The notes beneath the pieces were generated by a model. That model searched no databases and was not told the origin of the DNA. It was given only the letters and a program-made list of their open reading frames with translations. A stretch of 64,000 bases of DNA from Octopus bimaculoides (lineage: Eukaryota). Positions 12,590-24,535 of this stretch are shown in pieces. The DNA is taken from assembly GCF_001194135.2 (NCBI RefSeq), contig NC_068985.1, forward strand, positions 18,581,546-18,645,545, given 5' to 3'. The position numbers and the translations under genes were made by a program. The number at the start of each line of letters is the position of its first letter. The first letter of the stretch is position 1.

Positions 12590-12900
12590 CACAACCACAT
12601 GGTTCCAGGTTCAGTCCCACTGCATGGCACCTTGGGTAAATGTCTCCTACTGTACCCTCAGGCTACAGTGTGAGAGGGCTTGGTAGATGGAAACTGAATG
12701 AAGTCAATTGTGTGTGTGTGTGTGTAAGTCCTTGTCCCTCTACTGCTGCTTGACAACTGGTGTTGGTGTGTTTACATCCTGTAACTGAATGGTTTGACAA
12801 AAGAGACTGATAGAATAAGTACTGGGGTCAATTCATTTGACTAAAATTCAAGGTAGTGCTCCAGCAAGGCCATAGACTATTGATTGAAACAAGTAAAAAA
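12590..12900 (+). mobile_element. SINE family 1, older copy
   Basis: Diverged head-to-tail match. Confidence 0.8.
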
Positions 12901-15604
12901 AATTAAAAATAAAAAAAAATTTTTTTAAAAAGATATTTCTTCTTTTCTATTATTTAATGATTCAAATACAATCCTTTAAGAAGCTCACTTTGCAACCACG
13001 TGGTTTGGTTTCAGTCCCACTGCACAGCACCTTTGACAAGTATTTTCTACTCTAGCCCTGGGCTCTCCAATGCCTCGTGTGTGTGTGTGTCCCACAACTG
13101 TTTGACAGTGTGGTGCCCCAGCATAGTTTACAGTTCAATGACTGAAAAAAGTAAAAGAATTAAACTTCAATTTTCTGAGATTCCCTGTTCTAAAAGTAGA
13201 TCATCAATTTACATCTGCTTTCCATGCTGCCATGGGTTAGATAGGTCCTCATTGTCTAATCAGTTGTACATAGAGTGACTATCCTCCTGACTGAGTGAGG
13301 GAACCATTCACATTCATGTGTTCCATTTTTGGTATGGTTTCTAATGTTGGATGACCTTCCTCACACCAACAGAATGCATTTTATTATGACTTCAGTACTT
13401 GAGAAATTATCATGCCTTTGTCAAGACCGAGGGCTTGGCATAACTGGTGTAGGATAGGTGCACAGGAGTGTTGGTGACAGGCAGTAGATAAAAGACCACC
13501 ACACACACATACAGACAATAAGAAAGAACCAGAAGCAGAGGAGAAGAGGAAGTAAATGATAGTAGTTATACATGTTTACCAGGCCATTCTACAAAGTATG
13601 TTGTATTTGCTTTAGCACAGCACTGATACTAGAGACATTGTGTATGACACTAAAGTGTTTTAACGACTCTACTTTGTCTCCATTTGTTCAAGACAATGTT
13701 ACTAAAAAAGTGAATAGAAAGCAGGACAATGAGAGAAGAGAAACCAGGATGAGAAGGTGAAAGAAGCAAGACTGATGGGAGAAATTATGTGACTGGAGTA
13801 AGAAGATGGTAGAGGAGAGAGTAGTGGAAGAGACACAATAATGACAGAGTAAAGAAACAGTAATGGCAGGAAGTTATAAGAGACACAATGATGGTAGCTA
13901 CATGTTTGCTGGTATTAGAGATAGAGAGAACTTTGTATTAAGAATGCTCTTCTATTGTTAAGCATTGAATTTCTTGTCTAAAGAAACAAATTTTACCAAC
14001 TAGAATTAAATCTATTAATGGCATACATTAATTTAAAGATGAATTAACGACCAAGAGTGTTGATGTTTCCATTGAGATAATAATGGACAATTAGTAGAGT
14101 GACTGGTAGTTTGTATCCAAATACTTCCTCATTCCCTTCTCATACACCACAACTATGGCTTTTCTTGTGCCATTTCAACTAAAACTCTGATATCCTTTAC
14201 AACTTCAGCAAAAGCAATGTTAATTTTCTAGGCATAGCAAAATGTCTGGCTAAGTCAGGCACAAGAGCTCCAAGTAAAATCGACTATGGGTTACTTCCAT
14301 CTGATTAGCAAAGATTCACTGAGTAATATTAATATCACTATCTTTGCCGAGAATAACAGCTAAATTCTCCCAAAAATCATCCCTTATAATCTTGGATTAC
14401 GACTAATGTGGTCTAAGATTCTATGCACATAAAAAATAGACAGAATAGTCATAGTTGGAGTACTTCTGATCATAGGTCTGCTTAACTATGATTGACCAAA
14501 GTCATATAACACACGGTTTCTCAAACTACTCCTCAAATATCTTTCATACATCTGACTAGCTTAACAACCCCTGTCAAAGTACACCTGATGTACACAACTG
14601 TCCTCTAATCAACCCTATTCATCTTACTTCAATCGAGAAGGTGCACAACTTAGTGGTTAGCATATTCAGCTCACAATCATAAGGTCGTGAGTTTGATACC
14701 TAGCAGCGTGTTGTGTCCTTGAGCAAGACACTTTATTTCAGGTTGCTCCAGTCCACTTGGTTGGCAAAAAGGAGTTGTACCTGTAATTCAAAGGGCCAGC
14801 CTTGTCGCATGACTGAAGTGCTCAGCCATTTGCATGTTAATTTCATGAGCAGGCTGTCCAGTTGATCAGATCAGCTGGAACACACATTGTCATAACTGAT
14901 GGAATGCCAGTTACTCCAATCCTCACTAAATACTTTGAGCCATTCCTTAATCCCAGGAATATGTCACACTTAAACTACTACTTTGAGCCTCCAACCTACA
15001 GAAGTCAATGTCACTGGCACTGATTTATGTATTTGTCCAAAACCCATCACTCAAATCGCCAAGTCTACCTAGCTGTAATTACATACTATAGAATAAGAAC
15101 AATACAAGAAGCAGTGATCGTACTGTAAAACTTTGTGGAAAAGGTGCTAGTTGAATACATTGACCCCAGTGCCCAGCTGGTACTTATTTTATCACCCTCA
15201 AAAGGATGGAGAGACAGTTGATCACAGTAGAACTTGAACTCATAATGTAAAGCCAAAAATAATGCCTCTAAACATTTTGTCAGCAATGCCAACAATTCTG
15301 CCAGCTCGCTGCCTTGTATAAACCACTGTACTGAATTAAACAGTTCCTGTGGTGACAGATGGGCTCCACCCACATGCAAAGTGTTCAGGTGGCAGCGTTA
15401 TGGCCCAGTTAGTTATGAAACTCAGTAAATGTCACTTAAAATTCATGTGTAAAGAATAGACTATACTTTACCTATTTGTTTGTCATTACAGAAGTATTAA
15501 GAGACTACTTTATCAGAAAAGTCAATGACATCCACCAATATCTCAAAGATGTGCCAGACTAATAAGGTTCTCAATTTGTTATAACCTATTCTTTATTTAT
15601 CTTT

Positions 15605-15985
15605 CTCTTTTACTTGTTCTAGTCATTGGACTACAGCCATGCTGCAGCACCACCTTAAAGGGTTTAGTCAAACTAATTGACAGTAGTACTTATTTTTCAA
15701 ATGTGGTACTTAATCTATTTGTCTCTTTTGCTGAACTGCTAAGTTATGAGGGTGTAAACAAACTAACACCAGTTGTCAAGCAGTGGGGAAGGGGAACAAA
15801 GATGCGCGCGCGTGCACACGCACACACACACGCACACAATGGGCTCCCACACAGTTTGTCAACCAAATTCACTCACAAGGCATTGGTTGGCCTTGGACTA
15901 TAGTAAAAGACACTTGCCTAAGGTTCCATGCAGTGAGACTGAACTTGAGAACACATGGCCGCAAAGCAAACTTCTTAACCATAAA
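15605..15985 (-). mobile_element. SINE family 1 copy
   Basis: Head and tail motifs; internal (CG)(CA) microsatellite. Confidence 0.85.
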
Positions 15986-17249
15986 TTCTAGGAGATGAAA
16001 TCTCAGCTTTTAAGATTTTAAAAGCCTTTAACTTAAAAATTAGCAAGAAATATTTCAACCCCAAATTTGAATCAAAGGAGAAAATATTTCATAAATGTTG
16101 ATGGTTTTGAAACAGCATTCTAGTTCATGTAGATAATACAGATAGACGATATCTTAAAGAAACAACATTACATTACTAATCCGCTTACTCATATGAAATG
16201 CACATCTTATCACACTTCCTACATATGCTTGGTAACGTAAATATACACATCACCAACAAAAGTACCAAGCTTTTCTTTATTTGGATAAAGTATACAAAAA
16301 TTGGTTTCAAATTTTGGCACAAGACCAGCAAGTTCAGGAGAGGGGGTAATTCAATTATATCAACCCCAGTACTCAACTGATACTTATTTTATCAACCCTG
16401 AAAGGATAAAAAGGTTAAGGACAACCTCAGCAAAATTTAAACACAGAACCTAAAGGTGGACAAAATGCCACAAAGCATTTTGCCCAATATGCTAACGCTT
16501 CTGTCACCTTAAAATACATAAATATTGAATACTTGGTAACGCAGTTTTTGAAGGCATATAAAACTTTTTTCTCCAGGTAAAAAAATAAAAAACTCTGAAT
16601 GTAAAGTTGAGCCTAGATTGATTTAAATATTATCTGTTTTAGTTCGCAAAATACCATTTTTCCTGAATATGCAATACTGAATTTAAGGTGTCTCTAATAA
16701 GCCAATGAGTCTTCCATGCCATCAAATATGGTATTTTACATTGCAGAAAAATGCTCATAAATTTTCAAGTTGTACATCATATACACTCAGATTTTCAGGT
16801 TGTACAGTCCCCCCCCCCCACTCAAAAAAAGGCAAACAGCTATGGCCATCATTCCCAAACAATTATGGCCTTGTAGTGTGCACCACGCCTTTGCTAAGTA
16901 TTTCAGGTTTCTATTTAGTTGCAAACAGATATAGACACATTCTTATCCCACTCCACTATGGATCTAATAGAATCTCAAGAACGTGACAGCTAGTGGGAGA
17001 GAAATGCATCTGCACTAGGGCTTATACTAATGCTCAGCTGAGTAAACTGGAGCAGCATGAAATGAAGTACCTTGCTCAAGGACACAATGTGCCATCCTGT
17101 CTAGGAATCACAAGAAAGAAAGAAAACAAAGCAATTTGAGGAGCAAAACTGTACAGCCTAACATTTTCTATCATCTAAACCTATAACCAAGCTGCACATT
17201 TACCTTGTTTCTAAGGAGTCTTTGCTCTAACTTCACAGGTTCTCCAAGA

Positions 17250-17423
17250 CAAGATCAATATGGTTAAAATTCCTTGCAACCACAAGGTTTTAGATTCAAT
17301 CTCACAGGACAATAACTTGGGAAAGTGTCTACTACCATAACCAAAGTCAGCGAATGCTTTGAGTGAATTTGGGAGCTGGAAACTGTGTGGAGGCCTGCTT
17401 GTGTGAGAGAGAGNNNNNNNNNN

Positions 17424-17476
<53 letters not shown>

Positions 17477-17730
17477 CCTTCCACTGCTTGACAACTGAGG
17501 TTGGTTTGTTTATGCCCTTGTAACTTAGCAGTTTGGCAAAAGAGACTGACAGAATAAGTACCAGACTCAAAAACAAAAGCACTGGGGGCAATCTGTTTGA
17601 CTGAAACCCAGCATGGCCACAGTCCAATGACTGTAACAAATAAANNNNNNNNNNACAAAAGCACTGGGGACAATCTGTTTGACTGAAACCCAGCATGGCC
17701 ACAGTCCAACGACTGTAACAAATAAAAGAT
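17250..17730 (+). mobile_element. SINE family 1 copy with (GA)n array and two 10-N gaps
   Basis: Head and tail motifs; tail duplicated across a gap. Confidence 0.8.
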
Positions 17731-18084
17731 AAACATGTAATTTCAAATAAACAATTGCAGGGAAGGGAAAGACATCTGCAGAAAGGAAGTTCCAAAAGGA
17801 TATCATTCTGAGGAAAAAGTATTGGTTAGTGTGAGGCTGGCGAAGTGGGGGGGGGGAGGCAACACAATATAGATGAGGAGTGAACTGAGAGTGCTTGAGG
17901 CTACCAACTATGAAAGACATAGGTCACTGTAGTAGTAGGTGTAGTAGTAATAATAGTGGTGGTAGAAAAAAAATATGACAGACAAATAAGACAGGCTGTC
18001 ATTGGGCCAGCAGCTGGAGTACCACTGGTAACCAGTCAAGTGGCCTTTCTTTGACATTTGTCTAGGGTGTGTGTGTGTGTGTGT

Positions 18085-18290
18085 GTAGAAGGATTGTCTC
18101 AAATGTGGGGGCAATACTCCATTATAGGTTTCACCTGGGCTTTGTACAAGATTAATAGTTGCTGGGAACTTAAGTATGTTCTGGCCCTCAAAAGAAAGGT
18201 CAGTGTTAGCAGGACAGTCTTTGCTATCTTGGGAATGCTTGTTCCCTAGAAACAATCTGTGATGGTGAAGTTTTCACACATACAAACTAT
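18085..18290 (-). pseudogene. CR1/L2-group LINE reverse transcriptase C-terminal fragment
   Basis: IAKTVLLTLTFLLRARTYLSSQQLLILYKAQVKPIMEYCPHI* resembles the ..FL.RAR.YF....LL.LYKAQIRP.MEYC.HIW motif. Confidence 0.8.
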
Positions 18291-19920
18291 TGTTACTCCC
18301 ACAACCTCATATCCAATACTTAACACTATTCCTACACTCCAAAACTATTTCTCTGTAACTGTATGTGTAGTTTAAATAATAAAGTCCTTGAATTTTAAAT
18401 CAAAACTGAGTTTTAAAAAATTTACAACAGCTTTGTAGATATTCCTATATGTGAGACAGGACATGTATTGTTATATTTCTGTTGAAATGCTCTGTGTTTC
18501 TTTCACTTAATTTTAGATATAACAAAGAATTTAGTAAAATAACTTAGTTATCATTAAGCTAGTGTTAGGAACATACATTGTGATTAAGGCTTCATAAAAG
18601 ATTTTAATTTAGAACTTTTGAAAACAAGACATTTATACTACAAAGCCAGAAGTCATTTCAGCCAGGTTGGTATTGAAACGGTTAAGGAGATAGTGTGGGT
18701 AAGATTTTGCTTAGTGACAATTCATGGAAGAAAAACAATAACAGGGAATAGATTTATATGAATTAGAATGACACCAATNNNNNNNNNNNNNNNNNNNNNN
18801 NNNNNNNNNNNNNNNNNNNNNNNNNNNNNNNNNNNNNNNNNNNNNNNNNNNNNNNNNNNNNNNNNNNNNNNNNNNNNNNNNNNNNNNNNNNNNNNNNNNN
18901 NNNNNNNNNNNNNNNNNNNNNNNNNNNNNNNNNNNNNNNNNNNNNNNNNNNNNNNNNNNNNNNNNNNNNNNNNNNNNNNNNNNNNNNNNNNNNNNNNNNN
19001 NNNNNNNNNNNNNNNNNNNNNNNNNNNNNNNNNNNNNNNNNNNNNNNNNNNNNNNNNNNNNNNNNNNNNNNNNNNNNNNNNNNNNNCAAGAACCAAATTT
19101 ATTTAATTAATTCTCATTACAGATATTAATTCTAAACATTTTCTGCTCTAACATTCCTGAACAAGAGAGTTATATCAATGACATCTAAAGATTAATTTTT
19201 AAAAAAATTTTTTTTATAGAGATAAAATTATCTGGTTTTGAATTTAAATTTAAAATAAGAGTGAAATTGGAATAAATCTATTGAAATTAATAATGAGTAG
19301 AAAATAATCTATGAAAAAGATAATTATAAAAAGAGAAATTAAAAAGGTTTAAAAGAGAGAGTGACAACAGAAGCAGAGAGTGTAATGCAGTTGTATGATA
19401 GAGTGAGAGGAGTGGGGAGGAGGAAAGACAAGCCAGAGGATAAAAAGAATTATATGAAGATACAAAACAAACAATGAAATCATGAAATGGGTTAATGTTA
19501 AAAAATGTTGTATAAATATAAAGGGAACACAAGATACAAGGGTCGGGGCAGAATAGGGAGATTATTTTTAGAGTACATGTAACTATTTATTAAAAAGTAT
19601 TAAGCCTGAGGATACCCTAAAATAAAATATATAAGAACTATTTTCCTTATACAATTCCCCTACATTACATAGTGTTCCTCTTAATTCAATGTATTTTTGC
19701 TTTCTTCTGACACAGTTTCTAAACTGTCAAGTGTCCTCCCAATTGAAGTTTTCCCATGGATGCCAAAATGCCTTGTGTAATCAACTACACCTAAATCTCT
19801 AACTCCTCCTGTGAGCTGTTTCCTCAACAAAATTATACAAATATGCAGTGTAGAGAAGAAAGTAAATTCACAAAAATTCCATATTATTCAACGCAGTCAC
19901 TATTAATTCTAAGTACTTAC

Positions 19921-20020
19921 TGCTTCATTACAGTTCTACCACCGACGCCACTGCTATGTAATGGCATCAAATAACAGAAAACCAACAAGATATGAATTTC
20001 TTTAAATACAACAATTGATT
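19921..20020 (-). CDS. Candidate 100-nt exon (xSIVVFKEIHILLVFCYLMPLHSSGVGGRTVMKx); may be UTR or contain the true start (MPLHSSGVGG...)
   Basis: CTGAT branch point, long T/C tract ending ctccgccag|, GCA|gtaagt donor; one frame open; retains CpGs within a CpG-depleted domain. Confidence 0.5.
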
Positions 20021-21099
20021 CTGGCGGAGAAAGGAAAAAAAAAATCTATCAGAAATTAGCTTTTCCAAGTATTTCCATTTCTAGGTTAAAATTACAAGAG
20101 GTTTGTTGAAGAGAGCAACTTGAAGCTGAGTCATAATCAATACCAGCAGGCAACTTGCATGGTTCCACGGCTACATGCAACTAACAAGGTTTGGCATTAC
20201 AAATAGATTAGCCACAAAATACTGCAAAAATTTCTCATTTCTTTCTCTGAAAAGGTTTATTATTTTGATAAGAATGGGAACAAAATAAATAGACTTCAAC
20301 AACAAGGAAGAAATAAACTGAAATTAATGACATCTTAATTAATCTTTCACTCAAATATTGTTTATTTTAGTGAATTCCTGCATAAGATTATAATCTAATC
20401 TAACGAGCTACAAATAACAATAATTACAGGGTTATTATTTGACATTTATTTTCAGAACAGACAAAACAATATTAAATTTAATGACAAATTTAAGGGGCTA
20501 AAGTTTTTATTCAAATTAATCCTAATTAAATTTCTTTCCTCAGGATATAAATTACAAGAATTTGTTTCTTTTTAAAAAGGACAAGAAATGTTTATAAACA
20601 ACAGAAACACTTATGGAATAAAAGAATGAATTCTTAACACTGACTGGAATTCAATTAGACTATGGACAGTAGCTAAGTTTTCAGTTCTAAACTCAAGTAT
20701 ATCAGGGGGTAACCTGACCCCATCTCCAACTCTATACACTGAATTGGACAAGGAAAGATATGTAACAAGAAAGATGGGAAAGTTAGAATGCCAGCAATAA
20801 CTTTTGAAGGTTAAAGAATAGTTTGAAAAATGAAAACTTACTTAAACTAGCAGCAATAACTGAGACATTCTCAGAACTAATAGGGACCCAAATAAAATTG
20901 CCAAAACTTCAATTTACAATACACTATGACACAAGAGGACAGTAATTTAATTTAACACTTTATTCTATAATATGATTAATCGTAGACAGGTAAGCTTCAA
21001 TAAGTAGGTGTGGGTTTAATGCCAGCTGGTAAATTAAGTAATAATGAATATGTATTATTATACAGTTACAAATTTTAAAATGCCAACTTTCTTGACACT

Positions 21100-21650
21100 A
21101 AGCTAAATTTTGTAGAGAGAGATAGACAGAAAGCAAGAGGGGACAGGATGGATAAATAGAAAGAGAGGGAGTGTGAGAGAGAGGGGAGAAGAGGAAGGGA
21201 GAGGGAGGAAGAGAGGGGGAAAGCTAGGGGGAGGAGTGAAAGAGAAAGGGTGAGGGAGAGAGGGAGTGAAAGAAAGGGGGTGANNNNNNNNNNNNNNNNN
21301 NNNNNNNNNNNNNNNNNNNNNNNNNNNNNNNNNNNNNNNNNNNNNNNNNNNNNNNNNNNNNNNNNNNNNNNNNNNNNNNNNNNNNNNNNNNNNNNNNNNN
21401 NNNNNNNNNNNNNNNNNNNNNNNNNNNNNNNNNNNGGATGAAACAGAGAGGGGGTGAAAGAGAGGGATGAAACAGAGAGGGGGTGAAAGAGAGGGGGGTG
21501 AAAGAGAGAGGGAGGGTAAAAGAGGGGAGTAAGAGAGGGAGGGTAAAAGAGAGAAGGAGGGTGAAAGAGAGAGGGAGGGTAAAAGAGGGGAGTAAGAGAG
21601 AGAAGAAGAGTGAAAGAGAGGGAGGGTGAAAGAGAGAGGGAAAGAGAGCA
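21100..21650. repeat. Polypurine GA-rich minisatellite (GAAAGAGAGGG..) with an internal gap
   Basis: Directly visible. Confidence 0.9.
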
Positions 21651-23586
21651 AAATGCAGTAGACTTATAACCATAGCAGGAAAATAGAAAAAGCAACATTT
21701 GAAAAATATACTAAATTTTCATCTGCATTGCAAACATATACACTATGTGAAAAAATTAAGTGCCTTCAAGAACCCCAAGATGCTCTTATGACAGAGCTTA
21801 TCTCTAGTTTCATAGCATCAAGTGGAGACAGAACTCTTGAGAATCCCAAATAATCTGGTACAGAGAGTTGATTTTAAAGTCAACAATAAAATAAAGTGAC
21901 TATCAAGTGTAATACTCAAATAGTTAATGAAATCTATGGAATGGATTTTAACTTGACATTACTTCTCTCTCACATAGAGAATATCCTATATTTAGGAAAG
22001 CAAAGAACACACATTTTTTCTTGGAATTTTTCATTTATATCTGCATTACCAACAATTGAACCTTGATCAAAGGCTTACATTTTTCAGCTAAAGGAGTTGC
22101 TGTAGCCAGGTTTCAATAGAAGTTACTTTTTTTTTTTTTTCATGTTTATTTATTTATTTATTGGTCTAAAAGAAGGAACTCAGAGATCAGTGAGATTAAT
22201 GTTATCTCAAATAGTTGATGACTGCAGGAAAAATCTGAACAAGCAAGGAATTAAAGAAGACCAGCATTCTTTGTGGTATGTAATACAAAACCAGGGCAGG
22301 TGGGGACAATATGGAAGAGTGACGTCAGTCAAGAATGCTTGATTGGAGGTGGTATGAGACCAGCTAGCTTTGAAGAGCAAAGGTTGCTGTGACTTTAGTA
22401 AAAAAAGACAATGAAAGGAGGTAGTGTTATTTTCTTAGCCACTAAGGCAGCAAGCTGGCAGAATCGTTAGCATGCCGGGCGAAATACTTAGCAGTACTTC
22501 GCCCGTTGTTATGTTCTGAGTTCAAATTCCATCAAGGTTGACTCTGCCTTTCATCCTTTCGGGGTCGATTAAGTCCCAGTTACGTACTGGGGTCGATCTA
22601 ATCAACTGGCTCCCTCCCCTAAAATTTCAGGCTTTGTGCCTATAATAGAAAGGATTATTTTCTTGGCCAGTACATACACTCAGTTTTCACAATATTTTAG
22701 ACTTTTTTTACAGCAGTTTAATATTCAATGAAACTTTGATATGTTCTCACAGATTGTGGAATATCTTCAATCTTCAGAAATTAAAAATTCCAAAGTCTTT
22801 TTTTTTATTTTTAACATTAAATTTAAAACTCTAAGAGGTTGAAAAACATTGCCTCTGAATGAAGATACATGGATATATTCTTGTTTATAATCTTGTAGAA
22901 GCTCATCATCCCACTTGTGACAGGGATATTGTTCAGCAGTTGTTTAGTATGTTAGTCTTTACTTAACAGCAGAAAAAAATTTCATAGTTTTAGAATAGAT
23001 TAAAAAAAAAGTTGTAAAATACTGAATGACCTTATTAACCTAATGTTACAGAAGTGAGGAATGTTTTTTTTTTTTTTATGCGAAAATATTTCTGCAATAT
23101 GAAAATACCAAAACTCAGTGACTTATAAGGGTTTCCGATTTTGGTATAAGGCCAGCAATTTTTTTGAGGGAAGGGATTTAGTTGACTGGTACTTGAATTT
23201 ATTGACCATAGGAGTATGAAAGGCAATATCAATCTTGGTGGGATTTGAACTCACAATATAAAGGGCTAGAACTAATACCACAAAGTGCTTTTCTGAAATT
23301 AATGATTCTGCCAGCTTGCTGTCTTTCAGTAAGTCATAACAAAAGTTCACAAGTTCAATTCTTCCACAAGAGAATGTAAAGAGAAACAACTATGGTGCTT
23401 GCAGAAAATGGGGCAATATGCTAGATCAGAGGTTCTCAATGTAGGTGGTACTGCCCACCCCCATCCGAAGGGGCACTAGGCATGTCAAAGAAAGTGTTAG
23501 GCTTTAAGGGGTAGTGAGGAAGGGAGCAGTAAGATAACATTAACATACTAAATTTTACCTTTACTAGTAATTATACATAAGACCAT

Positions 23587-23970
23587 TTAGAGAGTGCAAA
23601 CCTCCACCAAGGCAAAACCAACGTTCTCTCAATGATTAGCCAGAGATGATTTTTAAAATGAGAATATCTGAAATAAACTCGACTGCTCTCACAAACGAAA
23701 ATACTGAAAATGAACCCAACTGCTATCAAAAATTAAGTTCAAAAAACGGAAAAATAATCCAGAATCCTTGTCCGGTACCAGATCAATCCCAAACTCTAAT
23801 CAGTTTGTGCCATTCAATCCCAAACTCTAATCAGTTTGTGCCATTCATGAGGCTAAACATCCCAAAGTTTTATCCGAATCCATCCCAGTGATTCTTGAGA
23901 TATCTTGTCCATGGACAAGCGAACAAACAAACAAACATGACTGAAAACAATATCTCCACCTTCGCTAAGC
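23587..23970 (+). mobile_element. Non-autonomous DINE/HINE(Helentron)-like element with an internal 31-bp tandem duplication (23,783-23,847)
   Basis: AACCTCCACCAAGGC near the 5' end, (CAAA)n microsatellite and GAAAACAATATCTCCACC near the 3' end; class assignment from recall. Confidence 0.5.
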
Positions 23971-24144
23971 AGCATTTCTCAACATTTTTACCCTTGCATA
24001 ATTCCTGCACAAAAATTATATTCTGTGCAAGAACCGCTACACAAAAAAAATATATATGTACCATATTTTTTTCATCTTAGTTCACATGGTAAATATCATG
24101 TACCTTAGGCCAACAGGTTTTGGGGTCTGATGATATATATACAT

Positions 24145-24302
24145 ATGTGTGGTAAGTAGCTTGCTTACCAACCACATGGTTCCGGGTTCAGTCCCACTGC
24201 GTGGCACCTTGGGCAAGTGTCTTCTACTATAGCCTCAGGTCGACCAAAGCCTTTTGAGTGGATTTGGTAGACGGAAACTGAAAGAAGCCCGTCGTATATA
24301 TG

Positions 24303-24343
<41 letters not shown>

Positions 24344-24535
24344 TTGCCCCCCCCCCCCAACATCGCTTGACAACCGATGCTGGTGTGTTTATGTCTCCAT
24401 AACTTAGTGGTTCAGCAAAAGAGAACAATAGAATAAGTACTAGGCTTACAAAGATTAAGTCCTGGGGTCAATTTGCTTGACTAAAGGTGGTGTTCCAGCA
24501 TGGCCGCAGTCAAATGACTGAAACAAGTAAAAGAG
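24145..24535 (+). mobile_element. SINE family 1, young copy (followed by an inverted partial copy at ~24,575-24,775)
   Basis: Near-consensus sequence. Confidence 0.9.

Noticed and set aside
18135-18245. Apparent 111-nt minus-strand exon with AG/GT ends
   Set aside because: The reading frame continues past both boundaries as a LINE RT motif (LYKAQVKPIMEYC), so it is a transposon fragment.
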